This document shows positions 1-7,979 of a stretch of 24,000 nt of DNA, piece after piece. The translations under genes and the position numbers were made by a program. The stretch lies in the NCBI RefSeq assembly GCF_014216315.1, contig NZ_CP045702.1, positions 7,614 to 31,613 of the forward strand, written 5' to 3'. Under the pieces are notes generated by a model. It worked only from the letters and a program-made list of their open reading frames with translations, was not told the DNA's origin and ran no database searches. Origin of the DNA: Streptomyces finlayi. Its GTDB lineage: Bacteria; Actinomycetota; Actinomycetes; Streptomycetales; Streptomycetaceae. The first letter of the stretch is position 1; each line of letters opens with the position of its first letter.

Positions 1-11
1 CAACCCAGGGA

Positions 12-752
12 ATGACCATGGGAAAGCTCGACGGCAAGGTCGCGGTCATCACCGGCGGCACCACCGGCATGGCGCTGGCCGGCGCGAAGCTGTTCGTCGA
101 CGAGGGAGCGCACGTCTTCATCACCGGCCGCCGCCAGGACGCCCTGGACGAGGCCGTGAAGCAGATCGGCCGCAACGTCACCGGCGTCCAGGGCGACGCC
201 GCCGACCTGGACGACCTGGACCGCCTGTACGACACCGTCAAGCGGGAGAAGGGCAGCCTCGACGTGCTGTGGGCCAGCGCCGGCGGGGGCGAGCCCGCCC
301 CGCTCGGCGAGATCACCGAGGCCCAGTTCGACACCTGGTTCGGGCTCAACGCCCGCGGCACCCTGTTCACCGTCCAAAAGGCCCTCCCGCTCTTCAACGA
401 CGGCGGCTCCATCCTCATGACCGGCTCCAACGCCTCCCTCGGCGCCTTCCCCGGGTGGAGCGTCTACGCCGGCAGCAAGGCCGTCCAGCAGGCCTGGGCC
501 CGCATTTGGCTCAACGAGCTCAAGGACCGCCGCATCCGCGTCAACGTCCTGACCCCCGGTCAGGTCGCCACCGCCAAGCAGGAAGAACTCTTCGACGAGG
601 CCACCAAGCGCCAGTTCGAGTCCCTCATCCCCCGCGGCCAGATGGGCCGCCCCGACGAAATCGCCACCGCCGCCCTCTTCCTCGCCTCCGACGACTCCAG
701 CTACGTCAACGGCATGGAACTCGTCGCCGACGGCGGCACCACCGCCATCTGA
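12..752 (+). CDS. SDR family NAD(P)-dependent oxidoreductase
   Basis: 246-aa ORF; Rossmann motif VITGGTTGMALAGA near N-terminus, catalytic YAGSKAV (YxxxK), G/C-rich third codon positions; ATG at 12 or 18 both possible. Confidence 0.9.
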   Translation: MTMGKLDGKVAVITGGTTGMALAGAKLFVDEGAHVFITGRRQDALDEAVKQIGRNVTGVQGDAADLDDLDRLYDTVKREKGSLDVLWASAGGGEPAPLGEITEAQFDTWFGLNARGTLFTVQKALPLFNDGGSILMTGSNASLGAFPGWSVYAGSKAVQQAWARIWLNELKDRRIRVNVLTPGQVATAKQEELFDEATKRQFESLIPRGQMGRPDEIATAALFLASDDSSYVNGMELVADGGTTAI

Positions 753-785
753 ACCGGACAACACACAACCAGGGCAGGACATCTC

Positions 786-1409
786 ATGAGCAGCATCAGC
801 ATCATCGGCACCGGGAACATGGCCCGCACCATCGGCGCGCGGGCCACAGCGGGCGGCAACACCGTCGAGGTCATGGGCCGCGATCAGTCCAAGGCCGCCG
901 GCCTGGCCAAGGCGCTCGGCGACGGCGCCACGACCGGAGAATGGGGCACCGCCCCGGCCGGGGACATCGTCATCGTGGCCCTGTTGCACAGCGGGGTCAT
1001 GCCGGCCGTCACCCAGTACGGAGACGCTCTCGCGAACAAGGTCATCGTCGACATCAGCAATCCCTTCAACTCCACGTTCGACGGGCTGGCCCACCGGGAG
1101 GAGACCTCGATCGCGCAGGAAGTCGCCAAAGCGGCCCCGGCCGGCGCCAGCGTGGTGAAGGCGTTCAACACCGTCTTCCGCCATGTCCTGGAGAAGGGGC
1201 GGCCCGACGTCTTCATCGCCGGCGACAATGCGCAGGCCAAGGCAAGTGTGGAGGCGTTCGTCGAGAGCCTCGGGCTGCGCCCGCTGGACGTCGGCGGCCT
1301 GAAAATGGCGCACTGGCTGGAAGGAGCGGGGGTGGTCACGGTAGGCCTCGCCAACCACGGGGTGGGAAACCTGGACTTCGCCCTCAGCATCACCGAACTT
1401 CCCCTCTGA
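786..1409 (+). CDS. NADPH-dependent F420 reductase-like NAD(P)-binding oxidoreductase
   Basis: 207-aa ORF 33 nt after the SDR stop; N-terminal dinucleotide fold ISIIGTGNMARTIG; overall resemblance to NpdG / P5C-reductase-like family; purine-rich AGGGCAGGA upstream of ATG. Confidence 0.8.
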   Translation: MSSISIIGTGNMARTIGARATAGGNTVEVMGRDQSKAAGLAKALGDGATTGEWGTAPAGDIVIVALLHSGVMPAVTQYGDALANKVIVDISNPFNSTFDGLAHREETSIAQEVAKAAPAGASVVKAFNTVFRHVLEKGRPDVFIAGDNAQAKASVEAFVESLGLRPLDVGGLKMAHWLEGAGVVTVGLANHGVGNLDFALSITELPL

Positions 1410-1438
1410 GTAAACGGTTGACGGATCACCGAAGGCGC

Positions 1439-1861
1439 TCAGCGGGGGCGACCCGACCGTGATCGTGAGGCTGGGTCATCAGGAGTAGGCAGCGCGCCAT
1501 AGGCGGCGGACAGCCGATGCCGACCGCGTTCCCGGCGCGGGAGACGATCAGCAGTCCGAGGAGGGCATGAGGTCGGATACAGCGGATGTGTGGTGTGTCC
1601 GATGCGGGATTGCGTGGGCAGCGTGCGGACCACGCCAGTGCGGTCGGCGAGCTGCCGGCGCAGCAGACGGTTCTCCGTCATCGACTGGTGCAGGGCGCCG
1701 ACCAGCACCTCGACGCCGGTCTTCAGCTGGGCGATCTCCTCGGCGTCGGCGGCCCGCACCTCTTTGGGCTTGCGGACCTGCCGGCGCAGTCGCTTCTCGC
1801 CTTGGCCGGAGCCGCGGTGGAGCCAGAGCGGATCGACGCCGATCCGCGCTTCCGTCGACAC
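1439..1861 (-). pseudogene. hypothetical; possible remnant of a recombinase/integrase C-terminal coiled-coil tail
   Basis: GTG-start 140-aa ORF. Only the 5' ~80 codons (about 1620-1861) keep G/C-rich third positions; the rest looks non-coding. AEEIAQLKTGVEVLVGALHQSMTENRLLRRQLADRTG resembles tails I recall on Streptomyces site-specific integrases (memory only). Confidence 0.25.
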
Positions 1862-2027
1862 CCTCCCCGTGCATGGCAGTGTCAGCGGTTACAGAACCGC
1901 CACGCCCGAACATGCACCCCGCATCCGCACATCCGGGTGGATCTTCACGAAACTGGTGGCGCACGGACGCCGCGCATGATCCATAAAAGGGTGTCATGGC
2001 CGGGTGCTTGAGGGCTGAGGGCTCGGG

Positions 2028-2615
2028 TCAGGGGGTGTCCGGGCCGGCTCCGCGCAGAAAGAGGTCGACGACGTCCTGGGCCAGGCGGTCGGTGGTGGCC
2101 GGGGTGCAGTCGTCCTGTGGGGGGTGGACGGTGGCGGCGAGCTCCATGAAGGCGGTGGCGAGGAAGCCCGGGTCGGCTTCGCGCAGTTCGCCCGTGGCCA
2201 CCGCCTGGACCATGAGGTCGGTGACGGGCTGGATGAGGCCGCGCACGTAGGCGTGGGAGACCTCGGCGCGCTGGTCCTCTTCGAGGTGGCGGGTCGCGTA
2301 GTAGATCTGGTTGCTGAGCGCGGAGTTGTAGGTGCCCCGGGCGTAGGAGGCGGCGAGGGCGAGGAGCTTGTCGCGCAGGGTGCCGGGGGTGGCGAGTGCG
2401 CTCTGGAGGAGGGCCGAGGCTTCCTTGGTGTAGTGGTCGGCCACCTCCATGAACAGGGCGGGTTTTCCGCCGGGGAAGTGGTGGTAGAGGCTGGCCTTCT
2501 TCACGTCGACGGCTTTGGCGATGTCGTCGAGGGAGACGCCGAGGTAGCCGTAGTCGGCGAGTCGGCGGGCGAACTCGTCGCGGGCACGGGCGCGGGTGTC
2601 GCTCTGGCGGGGCAT
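2028..2615 (-). CDS. TetR/AcrR family transcriptional regulator
   Basis: 195-aa ORF; N-terminal HTH YLGVSLDDIAKAVDVKKASLYHHFPGGKPALF typical of TetR_N; starts 5 nt after the stop of the upstream permease remnant (operonic). Confidence 0.92.
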   Translation of the reverse strand: MPRQSDTRARARDEFARRLADYGYLGVSLDDIAKAVDVKKASLYHHFPGGKPALFMEVADHYTKEASALLQSALATPGTLRDKLLALAASYARGTYNSALSNQIYYATRHLEEDQRAEVSHAYVRGLIQPVTDLMVQAVATGELREADPGFLATAFMELAATVHPPQDDCTPATTDRLAQDVVDLFLRGAGPDTP

Positions 2616-2620
2616 GGTGG

Positions 2621-3062
2621 TCAGACTCCTGTACGGGTACGGCGGGTCAGGGTGAGGTGGGCCGCGGCGGCGCCCGCCACCAGGATGGCGAGAGCGACGA
2701 GGGCGCCCGGCAGCAGGTTCTGCTCGTTCCAGGGTGCGGTGAGCAGGCTGCGCATGGCTTCCAGCGGCGGGGTGAGCGGGTTGATGTCGGCGGCGTGGGC
2801 CATCCAGCCGCCGAGCTGGTCACGCGGGACGAAGGTGGCGGTGAAGAAGGAGAGTGGGAAGAAGACGAGGGTCACGGAGCCGACCGCCGAGCTGTTGCCG
2901 GTGTGGAGGCCGACCGCGGCGGCCAGGCCGGCGGAGGCCGGCGGAGGCCGGCGGAGGCCAGGGTGAGCGTCTCGCCGTCGGCGCCGGGGCGGGCGAGCCG
3001 GATGCTCCGAAGTCCCGGCCGAGCCCGACGGCACGGATGGATGAGGTGGCGACATTGCCCAT
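2621..3062 (-). pseudogene. collapsed ABC transporter operon: ATPase start fused to C-terminal third of an ABC-2 type permease
   Basis: The frame starting at 3062 reads MGNVATSSIRAVGLGRDFG (ABC ATPase-like N-terminus) and then degenerates. A different frame from about 2925 to the stop at 2621 reads VTLVFFPLSFFTATFVPRDQLGGWMAHAADINPLTPPLEAMRSL (ABC-2 permease C-terminus). A 10-bp x3 repeat sits at the junction. Confidence 0.6.
2931..2959. repeat. 10-bp tandem repeat gcggaggccg x3 at the deletion junction
   Basis: Read directly: gcggaggccg gcggaggccg gcggaggcc; the unit length is not a multiple of 3, so copy-number change shifts frame. Confidence 0.85.
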
Positions 3063-3067
3063 ACCTA

Positions 3068-3093
3068 AAACCTACCTATCGATAGGTAGGTTT
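3068..3093. promoter_or_regulatory. 26-bp perfect palindrome, candidate TetR operator
   Basis: aaacctacctatcgataggtaggttt is its own reverse complement; AT-rich island in GC-rich DNA; ends 5 nt upstream of the ATG (3062) of the ABC remnant-TetR transcription unit. Confidence 0.55.
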
Positions 3094-3257
3094 GGCAAGC
3101 GGCCCCGCCGGTCCTGAAGCCCGCCGGGCACAAAGCGCGGGCAGACCAGGGTTCGAGCTGATGCCTGCACGGGATGCGGATCCGGACGATCTGCCACCGG
3201 TCTGACGGCAGCCCTGGCTCTGGTCAACGACCTCCCGGCCCGTGGCCGTGCTCCAAG

Positions 3258-3683
3258 TCAGGCGTCCGGTTCGGTGGTGTAGCGGAAGCCAGTGGTGCGA
3301 CGGTCGGGGTCCGGGGTGTCCGCCCAGCCCCAGGTGATCGGGGTGCCGGAGGCCAGTTCGGCAAGGCGGTCGGGATCCGTGTACTGGAAGCGGAGCCGGT
3401 ATTCGCCTTCAGCCCCGGCTCCGGGTTCGGTCGCCGGGGAGCACTCGACGACGCGGACGTCTCCGATGAACAGGGCGGGGCCGAGGGCGCGGGCAGGGAC
3501 CGGGCCACTCAAGGTGACCAGGAACTCGACCGCTTCGGTGCGGTCAGCCAGGGCGGACCGGAAGTTGCGCGGCGGGCGCCTCTCGTAGAGCCGGCGTCCG
3601 AGAAACCGGATGTCCAGCACGTCGGGGAGGTTCCAGTCCGGCCGGGAACGACCCGGCAGTTCGGAACCGGCATCGACTGACAT
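3258..3683 (-). CDS. hypothetical protein (141 aa), co-transcribed with the large hydrolase
   Basis: High G/C third-position bias throughout; strong SD GGAGAGGAGG about 6 nt upstream of ATG; starts 36 nt after the hydrolase stop; no family recognised. Confidence 0.75.
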   Translation of the reverse strand: MSVDAGSELPGRSRPDWNLPDVLDIRFLGRRLYERRPPRNFRSALADRTEAVEFLVTLSGPVPARALGPALFIGDVRVVECSPATEPGAGAEGEYRLRFQYTDPDRLAELASGTPITWGWADTPDPDRRTTGFRYTTEPDA

Positions 3684-3719
3684 GTTCCGCCTCCTCTCCG
3701 TCCCGGGGCGCGGGCTCGG

Positions 3720-6275
3720 CTACTTGACGATCTGGAGATCGTCGAAGGCGAGGTCTCGCTCGTCCTCGCGGTTGCAGCGGATGAGGACGGCCACGATCTC
3801 GTCCAGCCGCAGCCGCTCCTCCCTGCCGAAGCATCCTGCATGGAAGCGCAGCGTCGTCGGCATCGACTTGATCAGACCCGGGTTGCGCGGATACGGACGC
3901 GGAAGTCCGCCCACCACGTCGGAGTCCAACCAGGCCCGGTTGCCGTTCGTGTCCTCGACGCCCAATTCGAACCCGGTGGCACCCGGGGGAACTTGCGATC
4001 CGTCCGTCACCTCGGCGGCACGGATCCACAGCTCGGTGCCCACCAGATCGGTGGGCTCGGTGAGTTCGGACCGGAAGGTCCGGCCACCGGCGCCCGCCAG
4101 AGCCACCATGCCGGTTGTCTCACCGTAGAAGGAGTCGTTGAAGGCCCCGGGGACCTGCTGGAAGGGGAACTCGTCCGCGCTCAGACCGGACAACTGCGCG
4201 GTCGGCCGTCCCAGGGAGTTCTTCTCGATGGTGTTCCCGTCCTGATGGTTGTCGACCGTCAGCACGTCCTGTCGCGCGAAGGCCAGGTGGACGTAGTGGG
4301 TGAGTACTCCTGCGGGCAGCACCGAACCGTCGAGATACGCGGTGGCACTGCCGTGCCCCAGCAGGGTGGACCGGTACAGGGCACAGCCGTACGCCGCCAG
4401 GATGCGCTCGTGGTCCGCCCGGTCGATCACCGCGGGCTGAGGCGGCGTCCACAGACTGTCGTCATCGAGCCACTGCCGGTTGAAGAAGTTGTGGTTGGTG
4501 AAGTCGACGTACTGCTGGGACTTGAACGGCCCGGGCGCGGCCAGGTCGTAGAACTGCGCGCCGTTGTTGGACGATACGTCGCCGTCGCCCGCCGGCAGCA
4601 GAGTCATGAACGCGTGGCTGGGAGCGGGCTGGACGCTCGGCAGACCGTCGTAGTTCGCCCAGTTGGTGGGGGCCAGCGAGAGGGCCGACCTGATGGTGAC
4701 GCCGGGGAGGGAGACGAGGCTGGGGACGATCACCACCGCCTCCCCGGCCCGGGAGTGGCCCATCAATCCCACCCGGCCGAAGTCGATGCTGTGGTGGAAC
4801 ATTGAACCCGGATCGGCGTCGACCGCCTGAAAGTGCTTGATGTTCTCGATGATCAGGTCCGCCCGGTCCTCGATATTGGCGAACCCGCTGGCACCGTTGT
4901 TCAGGGCGTTGCAGTCGATGGACACGGCGATGACGCCCATCTTCGCGAGGTCGTGCTGGAAGTAGTCGTAACCGAGGTAGCTCGGGTCAGAGGCCGAGTG
5001 CATGCCGTGCGCCATGAAGACAATCGGCACCCGCCCCAGCGCCGACAGCCGCTGGTTGAACGGCTGGTTCACGCCGTCGTCCTGAGCCGGATAGTAGACG
5101 CTGCCCTTGTTGCCGCCGACGCCGTATTCGAGCCGGCCCACCGGGAACAGGTCGAGCCAGGACGGGTTTCCCGCGCTCGGCGGGTCCACGCAGGCCACGC
5201 GGATCTCCACGGCGTACAGGCCGTAACAGCCGCCGAGGTCTTGGACCACGTGCAGGGTGTCACCATGGGCCACGGTCTTGGTCAGCGTCACCATCGGTCC
5301 GCCGCCGACGCCCACGAGCGTTCCGTCGAGCCACGCGCGGACGACCGCACCGGGGACGAACGCGGAGAGCGTGATGTGCGCGTCCCCGGCCTGCACCGGG
5401 CCGACCTGAGGCGGCGGCAGACTGGAACATGGCAGCACCGTCCCGATACCCGGCAGGCTGGGCGGGTCCTCCGGGCACATCGCCTGCGTCGCGCTTGGCG
5501 GTTCCGCAGTCGTGAACGGGCCCAGTCCGCCGACGGCCAGCGTCCCGCCCCAACAGCCCCAGGTACCCAGTGGCGTGCCCCCACGGTAGACGGTGACTTT
5601 CGCACCGTTCACGACGCCGTGCACGACCACCTGCTGGGGGTCGCTCCCGTAGACCGAGTCGACGGTCGGCGCGGGCAGCGGTTGCGGCGGGAACAGCGCG
5701 TTGTGCCCGACGGACGGCGGACTCGGGTCCCCGCACAACTCGAACCAGGCGCGTGCCTGCTGCGCGAGGGCGTACGCCGGGCTCACGTCCACACCCTGTA
5801 CCGGCCCGCAGCCATCCTGCCGGCCGACCTCGGTGCCGTTAGCGGTGATCCAGACGTTCCCGCCGGTCAGCAGATTGGTGACACCCGTGCGGACGCCGCA
5901 GGCATGGACCGGAGCGGGATTGATCTGCGGCCGCGGGGGACCCGCGGGGAAGTCCACGGTGTGGTCACGGACCGTCACCGGGGCGGACCAGTCGCTCTGC
6001 GCCGTCGCAGTCGTCTGCCGCGCCCGCACCTCCTGGGTCGCCGCCAGAGCGCCAGGCAGGGGCACGGTGACGCCGAGGGGCCAGGGACAGCCACCGTTGA
6101 CCACCGGTGCGCCGACGCCGTCGACCTCGACCTCGACGTCGGCACCGGGGACGTAGTCGAAGACGACCACGGAGGTGGCGCACTGATAGACCGGCTGGTC
6201 CACGCGGGGCGGGGAGAGGAGACGGGGATCCTCCGCCAGTTGGAGGCCCTTGCGTTCGACGATCTTGGCATCCAT
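3720..6275 (-). CDS. multidomain alpha/beta-hydrolase (4 N-terminal Ig-like repeats + lipase/PAF-acetylhydrolase-like core + C-terminal beta domain)
   Basis: The ORF is open to 6380, but the MDAKIVERKG start at 6275 has GAGG upstream. Four ~80-aa tandem Cys-containing repeats, then VPIVFMAHGMH and the nucleophile elbow GLMGHSRAGEA (GxSxG). No evident signal peptide. Confidence 0.85.
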   Translation of the reverse strand: MDAKIVERKGLQLAEDPRLLSPPRVDQPVYQCATSVVVFDYVPGADVEVEVDGVGAPVVNGGCPWPLGVTVPLPGALAATQEVRARQTTATAQSDWSAPVTVRDHTVDFPAGPPRPQINPAPVHACGVRTGVTNLLTGGNVWITANGTEVGRQDGCGPVQGVDVSPAYALAQQARAWFELCGDPSPPSVGHNALFPPQPLPAPTVDSVYGSDPQQVVVHGVVNGAKVTVYRGGTPLGTWGCWGGTLAVGGLGPFTTAEPPSATQAMCPEDPPSLPGIGTVLPCSSLPPPQVGPVQAGDAHITLSAFVPGAVVRAWLDGTLVGVGGGPMVTLTKTVAHGDTLHVVQDLGGCYGLYAVEIRVACVDPPSAGNPSWLDLFPVGRLEYGVGGNKGSVYYPAQDDGVNQPFNQRLSALGRVPIVFMAHGMHSASDPSYLGYDYFQHDLAKMGVIAVSIDCNALNNGASGFANIEDRADLIIENIKHFQAVDADPGSMFHHSIDFGRVGLMGHSRAGEAVVIVPSLVSLPGVTIRSALSLAPTNWANYDGLPSVQPAPSHAFMTLLPAGDGDVSSNNGAQFYDLAAPGPFKSQQYVDFTNHNFFNRQWLDDDSLWTPPQPAVIDRADHERILAAYGCALYRSTLLGHGSATAYLDGSVLPAGVLTHYVHLAFARQDVLTVDNHQDGNTIEKNSLGRPTAQLSGLSADEFPFQQVPGAFNDSFYGETTGMVALAGAGGRTFRSELTEPTDLVGTELWIRAAEVTDGSQVPPGATGFELGVEDTNGNRAWLDSDVVGGLPRPYPRNPGLIKSMPTTLRFHAGCFGREERLRLDEIVAVLIRCNREDERDLAFDDLQIVK

Positions 6276-6596
6276 GGGCAGTACCTCGACGTACCTCGAC
6301 CAAGCAGTCAACCCCCATCTCACGTTCCCATGAGGAGGTACGACCGGCAACCGGACCGGAACATGCCTGACGCGGACCACGGATACGGGGCCCTGTCAGC
6401 TGAAGACGACCGAGTGGCGCTTCAGGCGTTCCGTGCCGTAGCGGGCGAGGGGTCGGAGGGTGAAGTAAGCCTGAGACAACGTCACCCGTCATGCGATACC
6501 ACCCAGAACAGTGCACCTATCCCGATCTCTCACCCCGCGACAGTGAACCCGCACCGCAGAAAGCAGCAGACGGGGTCAGGGCCCGCTGCTTCTCCA

Positions 6597-6637
6597 AGCC
6601 TCCGGCAGGATTCGAACCCGCGACACCGCGTCAGGAG
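6597..6637 (-). other. 3' half of a tRNA-Arg(CCU)-like gene (att-type scar), not an intact tRNA
   Basis: The minus strand reads ctcctga(anticodon loop, CCU)-cgcgg-tgtc-gcggg-ttcgaat-cctgc-cggaggc-t. T-arm and acceptor 3' strand are intact, but no matching 5' acceptor, D-arm or anticodon-stem strand lies upstream. An imperfect hairpin plus TTTC follows at about 6559-6592. Confidence 0.55.
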
Positions 6638-6689
6638 TCCTCCCTGGCGGAACAGCGACGCGTGGAAAGGCGGTCGCGTGGCGTGGGGG

Positions 6690-6706
6690 CCGGGGAACCA
6701 CCCCGG
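6690..6706 (-). terminator. short GC hairpin just downstream of heliorhodopsin stop
   Basis: ccgggg-aacca-ccccgg, 6-bp stem with 5-nt loop, 11 nt from the stop codon; no U tail. Confidence 0.3.
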
Positions 6707-6717
6707 ACGAAGGAGGT

Positions 6718-7569
6718 TCAGCCGGCCAGCGAGCCGGTGAAGATCTGCCAGGCCAGAAGTGACTTCGCCACGAGGCTGAGAACCAGGTAGGCCTTCTCCC
6801 CGTATGCGTAGTCGGACCACCGGCCGACTCCGCGGTACTGGAGCCACTGGTTGAGACCGAAGCTGAAGAAGAGGGCGGCCTGGACGAGAACGATCCCGTA
6901 CACGAAGCCGGGGATGGCCCCGGTCGCGACGATGTTGTACGTGATCGAGAGCCACGGCGTCACACCGACCAGCGTCCCGAACCAGAACGGGAGCATCGTG
7001 GTCACCACCCGTCCCGGCGGGTTCATCTCCTCCTCGATCCAGCCGAAGAGAATCATCCCGACGTTGGCGCCGATCACGGCGATGACGGCGTTGAGGCTGG
7101 TGATGCCCGAGTAGAAGCCGATGAGGAGCACCATCAGGGTCGCGCTCAGCGCGTACTCCAGCCACCTGAATCGGTTGATGCCGCGTCTGAGGTCGCGTTC
7201 GTAGGTGCCGCGGCACACCGTCGCCGTCAGCAGGTGGTCCAGTGCCGCGAGGGTGAGGAAGACGGCGACGGCCCAGCCGATCGGCACGTCGAACAGTGCT
7301 TCGGGGGCAGGCGCCTTCGTCCCTGGGGGCCCCTCGGGCAGAGAGGAGGTGACGGTGATCGAGAAGCTGCCGGCGAGGAAGAGGATCGCCAGGGCCTGGA
7401 CCAGGTGCAGCAGCGTGAGCCCCACGTTCCACGCACGGAGCCCGGCGAGGCGTTCGGCGGTGACACCGGTGGCCACCGGTGTGCCGTCCTCTCTTCTCAA
7501 AATTCCTCCCGAGGGTCGGCGCCGCAGTACGTCTGCATGGTCGTCCCGTCCGGGTGGGGATGACGGCAA
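6718..7569 (-). CDS. heliorhodopsin (retinal-binding 7-TM protein)
   Basis: End-to-end resemblance to heliorhodopsin 48C12 as I recall it: LLHLVQ, LAALDHLL, RFRWLEYALSATLMVLLI, ILFGWIEE, LPFWFG, IPGFVYGI, QWLQYRGVGRWSDY, EKAYLVLSLVAKSLLAWQIF (Schiff-base Lys). The ORF maximum starts at TTG 7569, but third-position bias suggests a real start at TTG 7500 or GTG 7476. Confidence 0.9.
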   Translation of the reverse strand: MPSSPPGRDDHADVLRRRPSGGILRREDGTPVATGVTAERLAGLRAWNVGLTLLHLVQALAILFLAGSFSITVTSSLPEGPPGTKAPAPEALFDVPIGWAVAVFLTLAALDHLLTATVCRGTYERDLRRGINRFRWLEYALSATLMVLLIGFYSGITSLNAVIAVIGANVGMILFGWIEEEMNPPGRVVTTMLPFWFGTLVGVTPWLSITYNIVATGAIPGFVYGIVLVQAALFFSFGLNQWLQYRGVGRWSDYAYGEKAYLVLSLVAKSLLAWQIFTGSLAG

Positions 7570-7916
7570 TCACGTCGCTGCCCCGCCAAAAGCCACACGA
7601 GTGGCACAACGAACCGCCGCACCCGCCGCCGCACCCGCCGCTCTCCGGGACGGTCCGCGCGCCGAGAGCGAGTTCGCCCCCCATCCCCTGCGGTGCTGAT
7701 GTGGCCCGTTAACTCTTTCGCGGTCCTGCAACGCGACCGCTGGCCTCTGGGCCCGGCATGACTGTTGCCCTCTGCCGAAGGCCCCCCGAAGATGATCATC
7801 GCCACTGTCCACAACCTCCCGGGACAGGACAGCTAGCGCACGGTCCGGTGCCTCGGCACAGTCCCGGAAGGAGGTGCGCTCGCGTCCGGCAAGCGCCAGC
7901 CCGAGCGGCACCACCG

Positions 7917-7930
7917 CCGGTGATCACCGG
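7917..7930. promoter_or_regulatory. 14-bp perfect palindrome CCGGTGATCACCGG between the B12-binding gene and heliorhodopsin
   Basis: Read directly; 50 nt downstream of the B12-binding gene stop and about 350-440 nt upstream of the heliorhodopsin start; the 2-nt centre is too tight for a hairpin loop, so a protein-binding site is more likely. Confidence 0.3.
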
Positions 7931-7979
7931 ATGAGCCGATCGCCCGGTACGCGTGCGTGTCCCGAATCTGCCGCAGGGA

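Noticed and set aside
269-1462. 397-aa ORF overlapping the SDR and reductase genes in another frame
   Set aside because: Arg/Pro/Gly/His-rich low-complexity translation typical of off-frame reading of GC-rich coding DNA; both overlapped genes have clear family motifs.
3960-3980. aattcgaacccgg, a T-arm-like string inside the hydrolase gene
   Set aside because: An isolated match with no surrounding tRNA structure; a coincidence within coding sequence.
6597-6700. Possible intact tRNA gene
   Set aside because: Only the anticodon loop to the acceptor 3' strand folds. No complementary 5' acceptor strand (gcctccg), D-arm or 5' anticodon-stem strand (ccgcg) exists upstream, so I call it a fragment.
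4833-6740. 635-aa plus-strand ORF (and 3840-4805, 321 aa) opposite the large hydrolase
   Set aside because: Antisense shadow ORFs: R/G/V/D-rich, no motifs, and the wrong codon-position GC pattern; the minus-strand hydrolase explains the open frame.
7497-7684. Cys/Gly-rich peptide upstream of heliorhodopsin (MGGELALGARTVPESGGCGGGCGGSLCHSCGFW..., and a frame ending ...MQTYCGADPREEF-stop 20 nt before GTG 7476); considered as a zinc-ribbon or RiPP-like small gene or uORF
   Set aside because: Third-position bias is coding-like in parts, but a complete product needs a frameshift near 7560. The ATG at 7684 has no properly spaced SD, the CGGGCGG part comes from a 12-bp GC tandem duplication, and the long track ORF (6530-7684) simply reads through heliorhodopsin out of frame. 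Worth a tblastn check but not supportable as a feature.
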